Assembly: GCA_951406725.2 (NCBI GenBank)
Contig: OX597817.1
Location: 70,556,001 to 70,620,000, forward strand
Direction: 5' to 3'
Source: Octopus vulgaris
Taxonomy: Eukaryota
DNA length: 64,000 nucleotides
A program made the translations under genes and the position numbers. Shown piece after piece: positions 51,725 through 64,000 of the stretch. The notes beneath the pieces are model-generated. The model was not told the origin of the DNA and made no database searches. It saw nothing but the letters and a program-made list of their open reading frames with translations. Positions within the stretch are counted from its first letter, which is position 1; each line of letters opens with the position of its first letter.

Positions 51725-51940
51725 TCTCTTCTACTCTAAGCACAAGGCCCGAAATTTTGTGGTGGGGGTAGTCGATTTGATCGACCCCCAGTATGCAACT
51801 GTTACTTAATTTATCGACCCCGAAAGGATGAAAGGCAAAGTCGACCTCGACAGAACTCGAACTCAGAACGCAAAGTCAGACGAAATAGCGCTAAGCATTT
51901 CGCCCTGCGTGCTAACGTTTCTGCCAGCTCGCCGCCTTGC
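51725..51940 (-). mobile_element. SINE family B
   Basis: Family B body; tgttagaaat on both flanks (about 51713 and 51942). Confidence 0.85.
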
Positions 51941-52081
51941 CTGTTAGAAATGGTAAATATTGTAATATTGTAAAGGAGAGCATCACGTTTCGTTCGTTAT
52001 CCTTTAGATCTTAGAAAAAGTCTTGCAGACTTCCTGTTGCTCCAATAGTAATAGGAATGAAACTGAAAGTGTATTTTGGTA

Positions 52082-52608
52082 CAATTAACTGCCGATTATC
52101 CGGCATCGTTGGTACCTGGAGAATGCTGGATTAGTGATTTTGCCGGATTATCGATTATTGATTTTTTTTCTTTACTTACTGTTAGCAAAGAAACAGGGTA
52201 ACTGGTCTTTCTGTCTTTTTTTTTTTTTTGGTGGTGGGGCTTTTTTATGTCGTAAACAGTCGGACACCCAACGTTGTATAATCTTTTCAAAATCTTTTCG
52301 CTGACACACCGCTGTCAAGTTTTTCAACTTTTTCTTTTATGAACAATGTACGGCGTTTACGCTTTACATCACGGGAAGCACTTCCTTCGTGCACTGGAAC
52401 CATGGCTGGGGCTAAAAGTGAATAAGGTATAATAATAAATAAATAAAAAAAAGCTGGACAGGCCTGCCTTTGTTTACAAATGATGGGCATGTGTTTATGC
52501 GCGGCGACCCGGAAAATTAGAAATTATTTGAAATTTTTCTAGCCGAAATTACTGCCGGAATACTAATTTTGTCGGATTATAGGTTGCCGGATTAGTGGCA
52601 GTCTACTG
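52082..52608 (-). mobile_element. Internally deleted Tigger/pogo-type transposon
   Basis: TA-flanked imperfect TIRs (caattaactgccgattatccggca / tgccggattagtggcagtctactg); minus KRKRRTLFIKEKVEKLDSGVS..YNVGCPTVYDIKK is a CENP-B/psq-type HTH. Confidence 0.85.
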
Positions 52609-52929
52609 TACTGGAATTGCAAACTCCATATCTATGGTCCATAGGCGTTTTCTTTCTCCTATATTCTTCTAATCACATTAGTGAAAAGAGAGATGGAAAA
52701 TAATGTAAACAAACTGCTACCGCCGTTACTAAATTCTCGTGGAGTTCGTAGAAAACCTTTCAACTTTTTCGAAACTATCGTTAAAATGACAGGCTGTTCT
52801 TAACAAGATTAAGAAAAAATTCAATAGCTCTTAAGTTGCAAGTTATCAATGATGTCGCTGGAGAGCACTTGGAATTGCGATGTTAATTACTGGAGTATTA
52901 ATACCCTCATATACACAGCTATCACTCTT

Positions 52930-54415
52930 CAAGAACACCTGGGAGAAATCTGCAGTGTACATGGTAATGAAACTACTAAACGGAAGCAACTTAGATGGTT
53001 ACATGCTAGTGTGTGCAACTACTAGGGATATTAATGTAACCCATAATTTCTTGGATGACCTCAAGCTTTATGCTAAAAATGTTAACAATGCCAAAAAGCT
53101 GCTGGAATTAATAATATTTTCAGCTGACACAGGAATTGAATTTGGCCGAAATATATGTTCATATTTGATTGTTGAACGAGGAGAATCAGTCCCTCAGACC
53201 CAAAACCTGTGCATGCATTCAATGGCATCTTTATCTTCCCTGTCCCACACAAAGAATGCTACAAGTAACTAGGTACTGATGAAAACAACATACGAAGGTA
53301 CTGTGAATAAAAATTGGGTGACCTGAGAATATCATGCCAGACGTAGAAAAATATGGCAGTCATAACACTTCTTTTACAAGACAATATTCACAATGCATTT
53401 GTAGTATCAGTGCTGATTCCAACATTTGGGATACTTGACTGGTCTGTAGGGAAAATCCACGCTATGGATGTTAAAACCCGCAAGATACTGATATCAACTG
53501 GAAATCTCCACAGAAATAGTGACATCGACAGGCTCTACATGAGAAGAGATAAAGTAGGTAGAAGCTTGAGATCAGGGTAGACAGCCTTCGAATAACGTAT
53601 AGTCTCTGTCAGACAGCAGTTGCTAAAGAATAGCAGCAATGAACTCCAAAACATCCGGACTATAACATAACTCAAAGACTTGGAAGGGAAACGCTCAACA
53701 TACCAAAAAAAGATTATGTATGAGTATGTTCCCCCAAAACATGATAATAATATTGACATGAAGCGAAGCCTCTCTCTTAGGCTCATGACTTTTACATCAC
53801 ACTTCGAAAGCTATTAATTTGCAATCCAAGAAGAGGAGATTACTACCAAATACCGAATAACCAAACGAGGCAATGAAACCCTTGGAGTTCTAGGACGCAA
53901 CCGAAGATGTAGATAATGTCATGTTCCTGTATAATCATACGTGATTAGCCGCTGCCCAAAAATGTCATCAAGGTACTACCTCCCTATGCGATATGACGTT
54001 GTCGCAAAAACAATATAGAACACTATTCGGAAAAAAGGACTATCCTGGAATAAATATAGAAAATTCCCGTTATTGAATACATACACAAACATCAACACAG
54101 GGAATACTGGTGGAACATTCCCATCAAAACAGCTGTCAAGTGTATGCATAACAGGCCGGATATTGTTGTTTGTGACGGACAGGAAAACGGATGTACTGTC
54201 ATAGAGGTCAACTGTCCTGTCTCTAAAAAAAATCAGAGAGAAAGAGGATAACTATGGACAACCTTCAGCTTCTATATCCAAATTATAAATTCACATCTAT
54301 ACCAAAAATAATTGGTGCACTTAGTTTTTTGAGTAAATGCCTCAGTGACAATCTAGATGAGCTAGGGTTTTCAGAAAAAGAATCAACCAACTAAAGCGCA
54401 CATTACAAAATCAAG
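52930..54415 (+). mobile_element. Decayed R4/Dong-type (RLE) non-LTR retrotransposon
   Basis: FLDDLKLYAK (RT), MDVKTRKIL..LHRNSDIDRLYM.R..GR.L, CR.C..HVISRCP (CCHC knuckle), YWWNIPIKT...NRPDIVV.D...VIEV.CP (restriction-like endonuclease). Confidence 0.85.
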
Positions 54416-54417
54416 TT

Positions 54418-54735
54418 ACCAAAGCCTTGTGAGTGGATTTGGTAGACGGAAACTGAAAGAAGCCTGTCGTATATATGTATATATATATGTGTGTGTATAT
54501 ATATGTATTTGTGTGTATGTTTGTGTCTGTGTTTGTCCCCCTAGCATTGCTTGACAACCGATGCTGGTGTGTTTACGTCCCCGTTACTTAGCGGTTCGGC
54601 AAAAGAGACCGATAGAATAAGTACTGGGCTTACAAAAGAATAAGTCCCGGGGTCGATTTGCTCGACTAAAGGCGGTGCTCCAGCATGGCCGCAGTCAAAT
54701 GACTGAAACAAGTAAAAGAGTAAAAGAGTAAGTAA
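54418..54735 (+). mobile_element. SINE family A, 5' truncated
   Basis: accaaagccttgtgagtgg through the (gtaaaaga)n tail. Confidence 0.9.
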
Positions 54736-55084
54736 AAATATTCAGTCTTCTCAAGTTTAAAATGTAACATTATTTTTACTATCAACATTCCAGCAATGGA
54801 GCCAGCTCCTTCTTCGGAATTTAAATGATTAAAAAAACAGAAAAGAACATAAATACATGCATACATACACAGTTTTGCAGGAACAAACGACAGAAATAGA
54901 GGCTCAATACGAGGGTATGTCTGGAGGAGTTGGTTCTAATTTCTTAATAGGCTGAATGTTACAAAAATGATTTAAGTGACGAGAGTTTCACGCATGGCCC
55001 TTGAGTCAAATTTGTAAATTTTCGGTGATGAAAAAATGTAAACACATACACAATACAAATGTGTACGTGTGCGTGTGTGTGTTA

Positions 55085-55278
55085 TCTTTTGTTTCAGACA
55101 TTTGACTGCTGCCATGCTGAAGAATTGAAGAATTTTAGTCGAACGAATAGACCCCAATGGTTCAATTTTTAAAAATCTATCGATTCCTTTTGTCGAACCG
55201 CATAATTACGGAGGACGCAAAACACACCAACACTGGTTGTCAAGCTGTCAGACTCAGACACACATATAAACACACAGC

Positions 55279-55328
<50 letters not shown>

Positions 55329-55460
55329 ACACACCACAAACAAACATACATACAGACAGATAAATAGATAGATATCATCGGCTTCTTTCAGTTTTTATCT
55401 ATCAAAATCAATCAAGGATTGAGTCGAGCCGAGCCATAGTAGAAGAAACTTGACACTTGC
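55085..55460 (-). mobile_element. SINE family A, diverged
   Basis: tttcagacatttgactgctgccatgctg...ggcttctttcagttttt. Confidence 0.65.
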
Positions 55461-55622
55461 ATGCATGCATGCATGCATACATACATACATACATACATAC
55501 ATACATACATACATACATACATACATACATACATACACACATACATACATACATACATACATACATACATACATACATACATACATACATACATACATAC
55601 ATACATACATACATACATACAT
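55458..55622. repeat. (CATG)n(CATA)n microsatellite
   Basis: Direct reading. Confidence 0.95.
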
Positions 55623-56029
55623 GTAGAGTGGAGCTAATCCAGGTAAAAAAGAAATCAGAGAAAAAAAAAAACGCAAAAAAAACACCGGAAAAAAAGTTGC
55701 AGGAAAAAATATTACAGGAAAAAATCAAATAAAAAAAAATTATAATCCCAGGAAAAACTTCAATAAACAACTGGTCCGTCTATTTTTTTTCTATTTTTTG
55801 TCCCTCATTTTCATATTTCAATGTTTTAAGACGTTTGACTGAAACGTGATTCCTTATAAGTCACCCCCACACACATACAGAGGCACACTGTATATATACA
55901 ACACACACGTAACAACAAATTATTTTGTTATTGTTATTGACCTAAAATTGTTTAATCCTTTATTGATACTTGAATAACGTGACTTATTTTCCTGTGCTTA
56001 TATTTCCCTTCACCGTTATATGTATGTCT

Positions 56030-56176
56030 ATGTGTGATAAGAAGCTTGCTTCCCAACCACATGATTCCAGATTCAGTCCCATTGTGTGACACCTTGGGTA
56101 AGTGTCTTTTACTACAGCCTTGAGCCGACTAAACCTTGTGAGTGAATTTGGTAAACGGAAACGGAAAGAAGCCCGT

Positions 56177-56230
<54 letters not shown>

Positions 56231-56790
56231 ACCCTTCAATCCGGCATTCGCCATGATAGATCGCTAGCCACTACACATTTTTTATTTTCTCTCTTTGTTT
56301 CTTTCTGTGTTCCTTTCTGTAGAAGAGCGTAGGCTCGAAACGTTAAAGACTTTTTCACTTCTCGAGCGTTATACTAATACATCTGTTTGTTGTCTACACC
56401 ACTCTCTTCGTCTTTTGTTTTTTTTTGTGAACTCTCCCTATATGTATGTTTGTATGTATGTATGTATGTATGTATGTATGATGTATGATGTATGTATGAT
56501 GTATGTATGTATGTATGTATGTATGTATGATGTATGTATGTATGTGTAAGTATGTATGTGTGTATGTATGTGTATATATATGTATGTATATTTGTGTATC
56601 TGTGTTTGTTCCACCCACCCATCTCATCGCTTGATAACCGATGTTGGTGTGTTTACGTCCCCGTATCTTAGCGGTTCGGTAAAAAGAGTGATAGAATAAG
56701 TACTAGACTTACAGGGGGTCGATTTCTTTGATTAAAAGGCGGTGCTCCAGCATGGCCGCAATCAAATGACCGAAACCAGTAAGAGAATAG
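56030..56790 (+). mobile_element. SINE family A with a pLTR-like insert (56228-56440) in its internal (TA)n
   Basis: Head at 56030-56178 and tail at 56590-56790; the insert carries a hammerhead-like motif. Confidence 0.75.
56313..56348 (+). ncRNA. Minimal hammerhead-like motif, variant core
   Basis: cttt-CTGTAGA-a gagc gtag gctc-GAAAC-GTT-aaag: stem I cttt/aaag, 4-bp stem II, palindromic aacgtt; core deviates from CUGANGA. Confidence 0.5.
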
Positions 56791-57032
56791 AACATTGTGT
56801 GTGTGTATGTGTGTATAGGTGTGTTGATGCAAAGAGGAAAATAGAACTCAAAATCTTAGTATATGTATATTTATTATTGATATTTAGCAGAAGTAACAGA
56901 GTGGTCCAAGATCCGAGAGTTGATAAGTGCCAACGCACGAAACTCTCGGACCTTGAGTCACTCCTGGTAAATATTAATAAATATCGTGCTCCAGCATGTC
57001 CGCAGTTGAATGACCGGAACTTAAAAGAATAT

Positions 57033-57209
57033 GCGCAGGAGTGGCTGTGTGCTAAGTAGCTTGCTAACCAACCACATGGTTCCGGGTTCAGTCCCACTGC
57101 GTGGCATCTTGGGCAAGTGTCTTCTGCTATAGCCCCGGGCCGACCAATGCCTTGTGAGTGGATTTGGTAGACGGAAACTGAAAGAAACCTGTCGTATATA
57201 TGATATATG

Positions 57210-57243
<34 letters not shown>

Positions 57244-57880
57244 GTGCGTGTGTGTGTTTGTGTGTCTGTGTTTGTCCCCCTAGCATTGCTTGACAACCGA
57301 TGCTGGTGTGTTTACGTCCCCGTCACTTAGCGGTTCGGCAAAAGAGACCGATAGAATAAGCACTGGGCTTACAAAGAATAAGTCTCGGGGTCGATTTGCT
57401 CGACTAAAGGCGGTGCTCCAGCATGGCCGCGGTCAAAATGACTGAAACAAGTAAAATAGTAAAAGAGTATATTATTTTAAGGAGTGGCTGTGGGGTAAGT
57501 AGCTTGTTTACCAACCACATGGTTCCGGGTTCAGTCCCACTGCGTGGCATCTTGGGCAAGTGTCTTCTACTATAGCCTCGGGCCGACCAAAGCCTTGTGA
57601 GTGGATTTGGTAGACGGAAACTGAAAGAAGCCTGTCGTTTATATGTATATATATATATATATGTATGTGTGTGTATGTGTTTGTGTGTCTGTGTTTGTCC
57701 CCCTAGCATTGCTTGACAACCGATGCTGGTGTGTTTATGTCCCCGTTACTTAGCGGTTCGGCAAAAGAGACCTGGGCTTACAAAAAGAATAAGTCCTGGG
57801 GTCGAGTTGCTCGATTAAAGGCGGTGCTCCAGCATGGCCGCAGTCAAATGACTGAAACAAGTAAAAGAATAAAAGAATAT
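57033..57880 (+). mobile_element. Two tandem young SINE family A copies (57033-57470, 57480-57880)
   Basis: Both near consensus, head to tail. Confidence 0.9.
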
Positions 57881-58689
57881 ATATATATATAACAAAAGGG
57901 CTTTATTCACCATATATTGTGACTGACCACATGTATACCTTAAGTTTTACTCTGCGTAATACAAGAGTGAATTACCAATTGATTCCCAATAAATATATAC
58001 GATTGCCCTAGTCACACATTTGTACATGCATAAGCATCCAATCGTGTATTAACATGTCAAATACACAGACATCCGCGCGCGTATACATACATACAAGCAA
58101 ACAGCCGTAAATACATAACGTACCCCGCCAACCAAGCTAGCCAGCTAATGTTGAAACTAAGAGTAAAACGAACGTTACAAACACAAGCATATTACACTCT
58201 CTCACACACATCTACACGCCTTCGGGTTAAACAGTGAGAGAGGGACACAGAGATACGTACAACACTTGCTTTCAAATACATTGGTGAGAGCGAGAGAGAG
58301 AGACACACAGACCCGTTTCTAAATAAGTATAAAGAGAGAGGGGTAAGAGAGAAAGAGAAAACAGACAGATACATAGAGAGAGGGGGACACACAGTTTCAG
58401 ATACAGCGCGAGAGAAAGAAAGAAAGAAAGAAAGAAAGAGAGCAGGACACAAACAGAGACACATTTTCAAATGCAACATGGAAGACAGAAAGAAGAAAAG
58501 AATGAACTTACGCACATACTCACACACACACGCATATTACACTACCCTCAGACATAGAAAGCAAGCAAAGTACACACATACACACATATATATATATATA
58601 CACACACACACAGACTCACACGCGCGTGCATATACATACAAATACACGCTTTACATAGGTAAAGAAACATCCGCCAAAGCACAGCATTT

Positions 58690-59070
58690 TCAAGCCACCC
58701 AGCTCACCCAGCTACCCCCTAACCGACCAGCCAACCAGTCACTCAGTCACTCAGTCAGTCAGTCAGGCAAGCGGCGGCAGTGCTTGTCTTAAACAGTGTC
58801 AGTACGAGCGCGCCCGCGCACCGCTATCTTTGCCACTAAAAGTACATGTAACACCGAACGGAACGAAACACCAAGAAAACAACAACGAACCGTGGCGGCG
58901 GCGGCAGCGGCGGCAGCGGCGGCAGGGACAGCGGCGGAGAGCAGGCAGACAGGCAGGCAGGCGGACAGACGGCGCGAGTAATATACCGCCGCTACTTACC
59001 ACTACTACTACTACTACCACCACCTTGACGGTGACGGTTGCAGAGTCAGTGGTAGTAGCGACCAAAGATG
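58690..59070. promoter_or_regulatory. CpG/GC-rich island, candidate promoter or first exon
   Basis: cgagcgcgcccgcgcaccgc, (GCG/GCA)n and many CpGs in an AT-rich, otherwise TE-dense window; no recognisable TE over about 57900-59590. Confidence 0.45.
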
Positions 59071-59592
59071 TAAATTAAATACCAGATTAAGACAGGAACA
59101 AGAAGAAGGCTACTATATAGCTTAATACAAATACGCAGTACTGTTTAATATATATACATGTGTACCGAACGTACATGCACGCTTACTCGCTCGCTCACAA
59201 GCACACGATTAGATGCATATACATGCATTTCGAATTTCACACATAGATGTGCAAACGCATGAATAAGCACAGTGGCAGTACGCACGACCACATTGACGCA
59301 ATTTCACACAATCTGTACACATGATTTTAGAGTAATATATAAAAATAAATGTGTGCACGTATTGTTTGTGTGTTGTGTCGTGTTATCTTTAAATTAATGT
59401 CACGCAGAAAGCAATGCAAAGTGACCAACACAGAGTGCCCTCCTCTCTTCTTTGCCCGTGAGATAAATTTCCCGGTCTTGTGACAAGACTTGTGGATCTC
59501 GCTATTGGCCTACAAAGTAACATGGTGAGTGAACTGTGGATAGTCATTCGAAGGACTGCTGATGCTGACGATGCGGATGGTATATGCATATT

Positions 59593-59782
59593 AGGCGTGG
59601 CTGAATGAGAAACTTGCTTCCCAACCAAATGGTTTCGGGTTCAGTCCCACAGCGTGGCACTTTAGGCAAGTGTCTCCTACTATAGCCTCCGGCTGACCAT
59701 TGCCTTGTGAGTAGATTTGGTACACAGAAACCGAATCAAACCCATCGTATACATACATACATACACACACACATACACACAC

Positions 59783-59869
<87 letters not shown>

Positions 59870-60201
59870 CATTTATATCTGTGTCTGTGTCTAAGTCAGG
59901 GTTTATCCCCCCTATCACCGCTTGAGAATCGGTGTTGGTGTTGTTATGTCCCTGTAAGTTAGCGGTTCGGTAAAAGGGGCCGATAGAATAAGTACTCATT
60001 TACTTGTTTCAGTCATCTGACTGCGGCCATGCTGGAGCACCGCCTTTAGTCGAGCAAATCGACTCCGGGACTTATTTTTTGTAAGCCTAGTACTTATTCT
60101 ATCGACCTCTTTTTACCGAACCGCTAAGTTACGGGGACGTAAACACACCAGCATCGGTTGTCAAGCGGGGGTGGGGGGGAAGCACAGACACACAAATATA
60201 T

Positions 60202-60258
<57 letters not shown>

Positions 60259-60455
60259 TGCATATATACGACGGGCTTCTTTCACATATATACGACGGGC
60301 TTCTTTCAATTTCCTTCCACCAAATCCATTCACAAGGCTTTAGTCGGCCCGAGGCTATAGAAGAAGATACTTACCCACGATGCCACGCAGTGGGACTGAA
60401 CCTGGAACCATGTAGTTCGTAAGCAAGCTACTTACCACACAGCCACTCTTCGCCT
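59593..60455. mobile_element. Convergent SINE A pair (59593-59997 plus; 59998-60455 minus)
   Basis: Plus copy truncated at gaataagtact directly abuts the tail of a minus copy. Confidence 0.85.
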
Positions 60456-61404
60456 ATGAGCAGAAAAATTTAGATCCCCAAACAATTTTAAAATTCATTG
60501 GTTGAACACGTCAGATTATCAAAATAAAATAGCTGCAGTAACAAATATTAAAAAACTTGTCACCAGAATTTTAAAATAAGTATAGGGGTCGATTCATTCG
60601 ACTAAAATTCAAGGCGGTGCCCCAGCATGGGCGCAGTCTAATGCCTGAAACAAATAAAAGAAAGATATGCGTATACACATATCTGAGATACGTGCGCGCA
60701 CACACATAAATCTTATCTTCTTTTACTTCCTTCAATCCTTGGATTGCGGTCATGCTGGGGCACCACATTGAAGGGTTCTAGTCGATCAAATCGACTTCAG
60801 TATTTATTTATATATTTTTAAAGTTTGGTACCTATTCTATCGCTCTCTGTCTTGCTGATGTGACTGATCCACTGATCCAAAAGAATAGAGAGTAACACAC
60901 TTGGCACCAGTTTGGTTGTAGGAGTTACCTGAAGAGTATTGAGTCGAACTTCAGACTGACTTAGATCCGCCACTCTGGATTTATTATGAAGTTACTTCCT
61001 AGCCCTTGTCTCATAAACTAAAGATATATTCATCCACAGCTTGCGGAGTCTGTAACTCTGGACAAGTGAAACAAACGTGCGTCAGTTTCACAGCTTTGTT
61101 ACTTCTTACATGGATGAATTTATCCATCAACACCCATTCAATCGCTTTCATAAAGCAGTAATTTTGGTGGTCTTACTCGCGCTAGGCCCTAAGATGGTAT
61201 TTGTATTTGACCCGCGAAATGATGAATCTGTATAACCTAAAATACTACATACATCGATGCAGGAGAGAGGTTTTCTTGGCCACAACCCCCACCCGCCAAA
61301 AAAAATTTTTTGGTTAAGACGTATTAATTACTCTCTCGCTCTCTCAACACACACATACACAACAAAAGGCAGCCACATCTCACCACGTAATATTCCACAA
61401 ATGA

Positions 61405-61622
61405 TAAGGCGAGGAGCTGGCAGAATCGTTAGCATGCCGGACAAAATGCTCAGCGACATTACGTCTGTCTTTACGTTCTGAGTTCAAATTCCGCTGAGGT
61501 CTATTTTGCCTGTCTTTCCTTCGAGCTCGATAAAATAGGTACCAGTTGAACACTGGGATCGATGTAATCGACTTATCTTTCTCCCCTGAAACTGTTGGCT
61601 TTGTGCCAAACTTTGAAACCAA
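61405..61622 (+). mobile_element. SINE family B
   Basis: ggcgaggagctggcagaatcgttagc...gttctgagttcaaattccgctgaggtc. Confidence 0.8.
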
Positions 61623-62559
61623 TATTTCACAAACTTTGAAAAGAAATATACTGAAGTTGAGTCAGTCTCTGTACCATAAAACATGTGGGTATAAATAATG
61701 TCCAGTTCAACATTTTAATGACAGTCTTTTCAACCCATTTCTAGTTTCGTAGAAGTATCAACCTCCTCTTGGGACACATAAGCTCATCTTATTTTCCGAA
61801 GATTGAATACCAGCACTGGTCATTATTGGGGGTCTGGAAACCATAGACTATTTTTCTTCATTTCTCTTATCCGTTGAAAGACTGAGGAAAAAATAAATAA
61901 CCAAACGAAACATTTGATATTATGCATTCTACAGATGCAGGACATGGTGATGCAATAAATAAGTTCGTTTCACAACCACATAGCTCCGAGTTCCGATTCC
62001 ACTGCGCGATAGCTTGGTCCAGTGACATTTGTCATAGTAACGAATCGTTCCAAACCTTGTGAGAAAAATTGAGTAGTCGAGACAGTGTAAGAAGCCCGTT
62101 GAATGGGATGGGGTCTCAGATCTAAACCGTCATTCGATTTAATACTATCACCGGGTCTTCGGGTATCATTAGTGGTGTTCACTCCGTTGCAATCATTCGG
62201 AAAACATCTTTGGTATGATTATAATCCATGGGCCCTAGATCCTTCTTTCTTTACTCCCTACCATTTTCCGAACTTTGTGAATGGGTCACAAACACTAGCT
62301 TCCTGCCTCTGTCGTATATGGAACGATGTACAGAGTCAAGGCGAACAATAAACGTTTTACTCGATGAAAGCCATCTTGAACTGTTTTTTTCTTAGCAAAT
62401 ATCATTCAATCTATCAAGTAGCAGTAATTTCCATTGGAAATAATTGAATTTTACACGCTTGTAGCGCTCCAGTTTTGTTTTATAATGAAATTTACATCAA
62501 CGTTATTTAAAATTCAGATCTGAACAGGAGATAAATCAAAATCCATGATTTATTTAATT

Positions 62560-63050
62560 AGTTTCAAATTTTGACACAAGGTTAGCAATTTCGGAGAAGG
62601 GTGCAAGTCGATTACATTGATACCAGTGTTCAAATGGTACGTATTTTATCGACCTCGAAAGGATCAATGGCAAAGTCGACCCCAGCGGCATTTGAACTCA
62701 GAACGTAGAGTCAGAAGAAATACTGCTAAGCAATTTTTCCGGTGCGGTAACGATTCTGCCAGCACGCCACTTTTTGATTTCTTTAACATTAGCATCTATT
62801 TACGTATTTACTCTTTCTATAGTGATTACGACATTAAGGCGGTGAGCTGGCAGAAATGTCAGAACGCCGGGCGAAATGCTTAGCAGTATTTTGTCTGCCG
62901 CTACGTTCTGAGTTCAAATTCCGCCGAGGTCGACTTTCCCTTTCATCCTTTCGGGGTCGATAAATTAATTAGCAGTTGTGTACTGGGGTCGATCTAATCG
63001 ACTGGCCCCCTTACCCCAAATTTCGGGACTTGTCCCTTGAGTAGAAGAAA
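62560..63050. mobile_element. Divergent SINE B pair (62560-62770 minus; 62837-63050 plus)
   Basis: Family B motifs on opposite strands. Confidence 0.8.
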
Positions 63051-63169
63051 AAGAAATAGTGATTATGGCAGACACACACACACACACATATGTGCACGCG
63101 CGCGTATATACCTACATGCATGTATGTATCAGTGTGTGTATCAATACAAGTAAATTTACACACACACAC

Positions 63170-63206
<37 letters not shown>

Positions 63207-63209
<3 letters not shown>

Positions 63210-63590
63210 CAGTATCGCCCGGCGTTGCTCAGGTTTGTAAGGGAAATAACTATAAAGCATTTTTAGAGAGTTATAGCCAAAAAACAGCAAAAAAATTGAA
63301 AAAAATTATGGTAAATTTTTTTTTGAGAGTTAAAAAGGTCGAGTTGCGTCCCCTGGACAGTCTGTGGTTCGTGTTTCTGATTCTCGACCCCATGTCGAAT
63401 TTATCGACTTTTTTCAGAACTGGGGGAACTTTTCAAAATTTTCGCTGCGTTAGTTTTAAATTATGACATTGGGCTATGTGTGTGTTAAGTTTCATCAGAA
63501 TCGGTTGAAAGCCGTGGTCAGGGTGAGGGTACAAGCAAACAGACACACAGAAACACGCACAGACAAACTGCCGTTTATATAGAGAGAGAT
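63207..63590 (-). mobile_element. Non-autonomous Helitron-type element
   Basis: Its 3' end (tagcagtatcgcccggcgttgctc on plus) is the reverse complement of the 35226-35253 terminus; 5' end tctctatataaac on minus. Confidence 0.8.
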
Positions 63591-63669
63591 ATATATATCT
63601 TTTCAGGTGAAGAACTTTTTCATTCTTTCTTATAGAAACTAGATAAAAACTTTTGAGATGTGAATCTTT

Positions 63670-63970
63670 CGTAAATTGGAGAGATTCAGCTGGAAAAACT
63701 GTAACAAATGCTGCCATACTAGAAAAACTATTAGTTCAAAGTCAAGTATTGCGGGAGAGAAGTCCACAAACCTATCATATTTTTGATGTACAATCCGCTA
63801 CGTGTCACTACCCTAGGCCATACTGCCAAGAAGAGCTGTGGGGAACAAAGTGAAAGGCAGCCATAGGCGCTTGTGAACTGATGACATCAAAGAATTGACT
63901 GGAAGCAGGAGCGCGGTTGATTGTATGACTACAGCAGAACACACAAAGAGCTGAATAATCTTCGTAGGCC
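63670..63970 (+). pseudogene. Decayed RTE RT C-terminal fragment
   Basis: VTNAAILEKL...LSYF...KGSHRRL*TDDIKELTG resembles the RTE VTNEEVL..GRPRRRWTDDIKEWTG region. Confidence 0.6.
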
Positions 63971-64000
63971 GAACGCTTGAGATAAAGAGAGCTGGCTAAT

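Noticed and set aside
58796-59078. Poly-Ala/poly-Thr/Arg-rich ORFs in the CpG island
   Set aside because: Short, driven by trinucleotide repeats, with non-ATG starts and no recognisable domain
60850-61260. Complex non-repeat stretch, possible exon or integrase relic
   Set aside because: Stops in the frames I read and no motif I can identify with confidence

Overview
AT-rich, repeat-saturated eukaryotic DNA, most consistent with an octopus (coleoid cephalopod) genome. That assignment rests on recalled SINE families and microsatellite load and is not verified. I see no intact host protein-coding exon, and nearly all listed ORFs are artefacts of (TA)n/(CA)n/(TATG)n or of SINEs. The window is a nested graveyard of mobile elements: three tRNA-derived SINE families, RTE-tail repeats, decayed Penelope-like elements (RT + GIY-YIG), RTE, CR1-like and R4/Dong retrotransposon relics, Tc1, DD37D, hAT and Tigger transposon relics, 8-bp-TSD MITEs carrying TTAGGG-like repeats, and Helitron-type elements. 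One CpG-rich island (about 58.7-59.1 kb) may be a promoter or first exon. The most notable signals are: (1) at least six loci with minimal type I hammerhead ribozyme motifs in short non-coding Penelope pLTR/retrozyme-like repeats, one of them a perfect 76-bp inverted repeat with a hammerhead on each strand; (2) several locally templated insertions, including a three-segment patchwork replacing the left end of a hAT MITE; (3) a SINE/LINE pair sharing a 3' tail with a covarying hairpin; (4) a cluster of three long palindromes at 43.4-44.3 kb. Boundaries of decayed elements are approximate and were read by eye.
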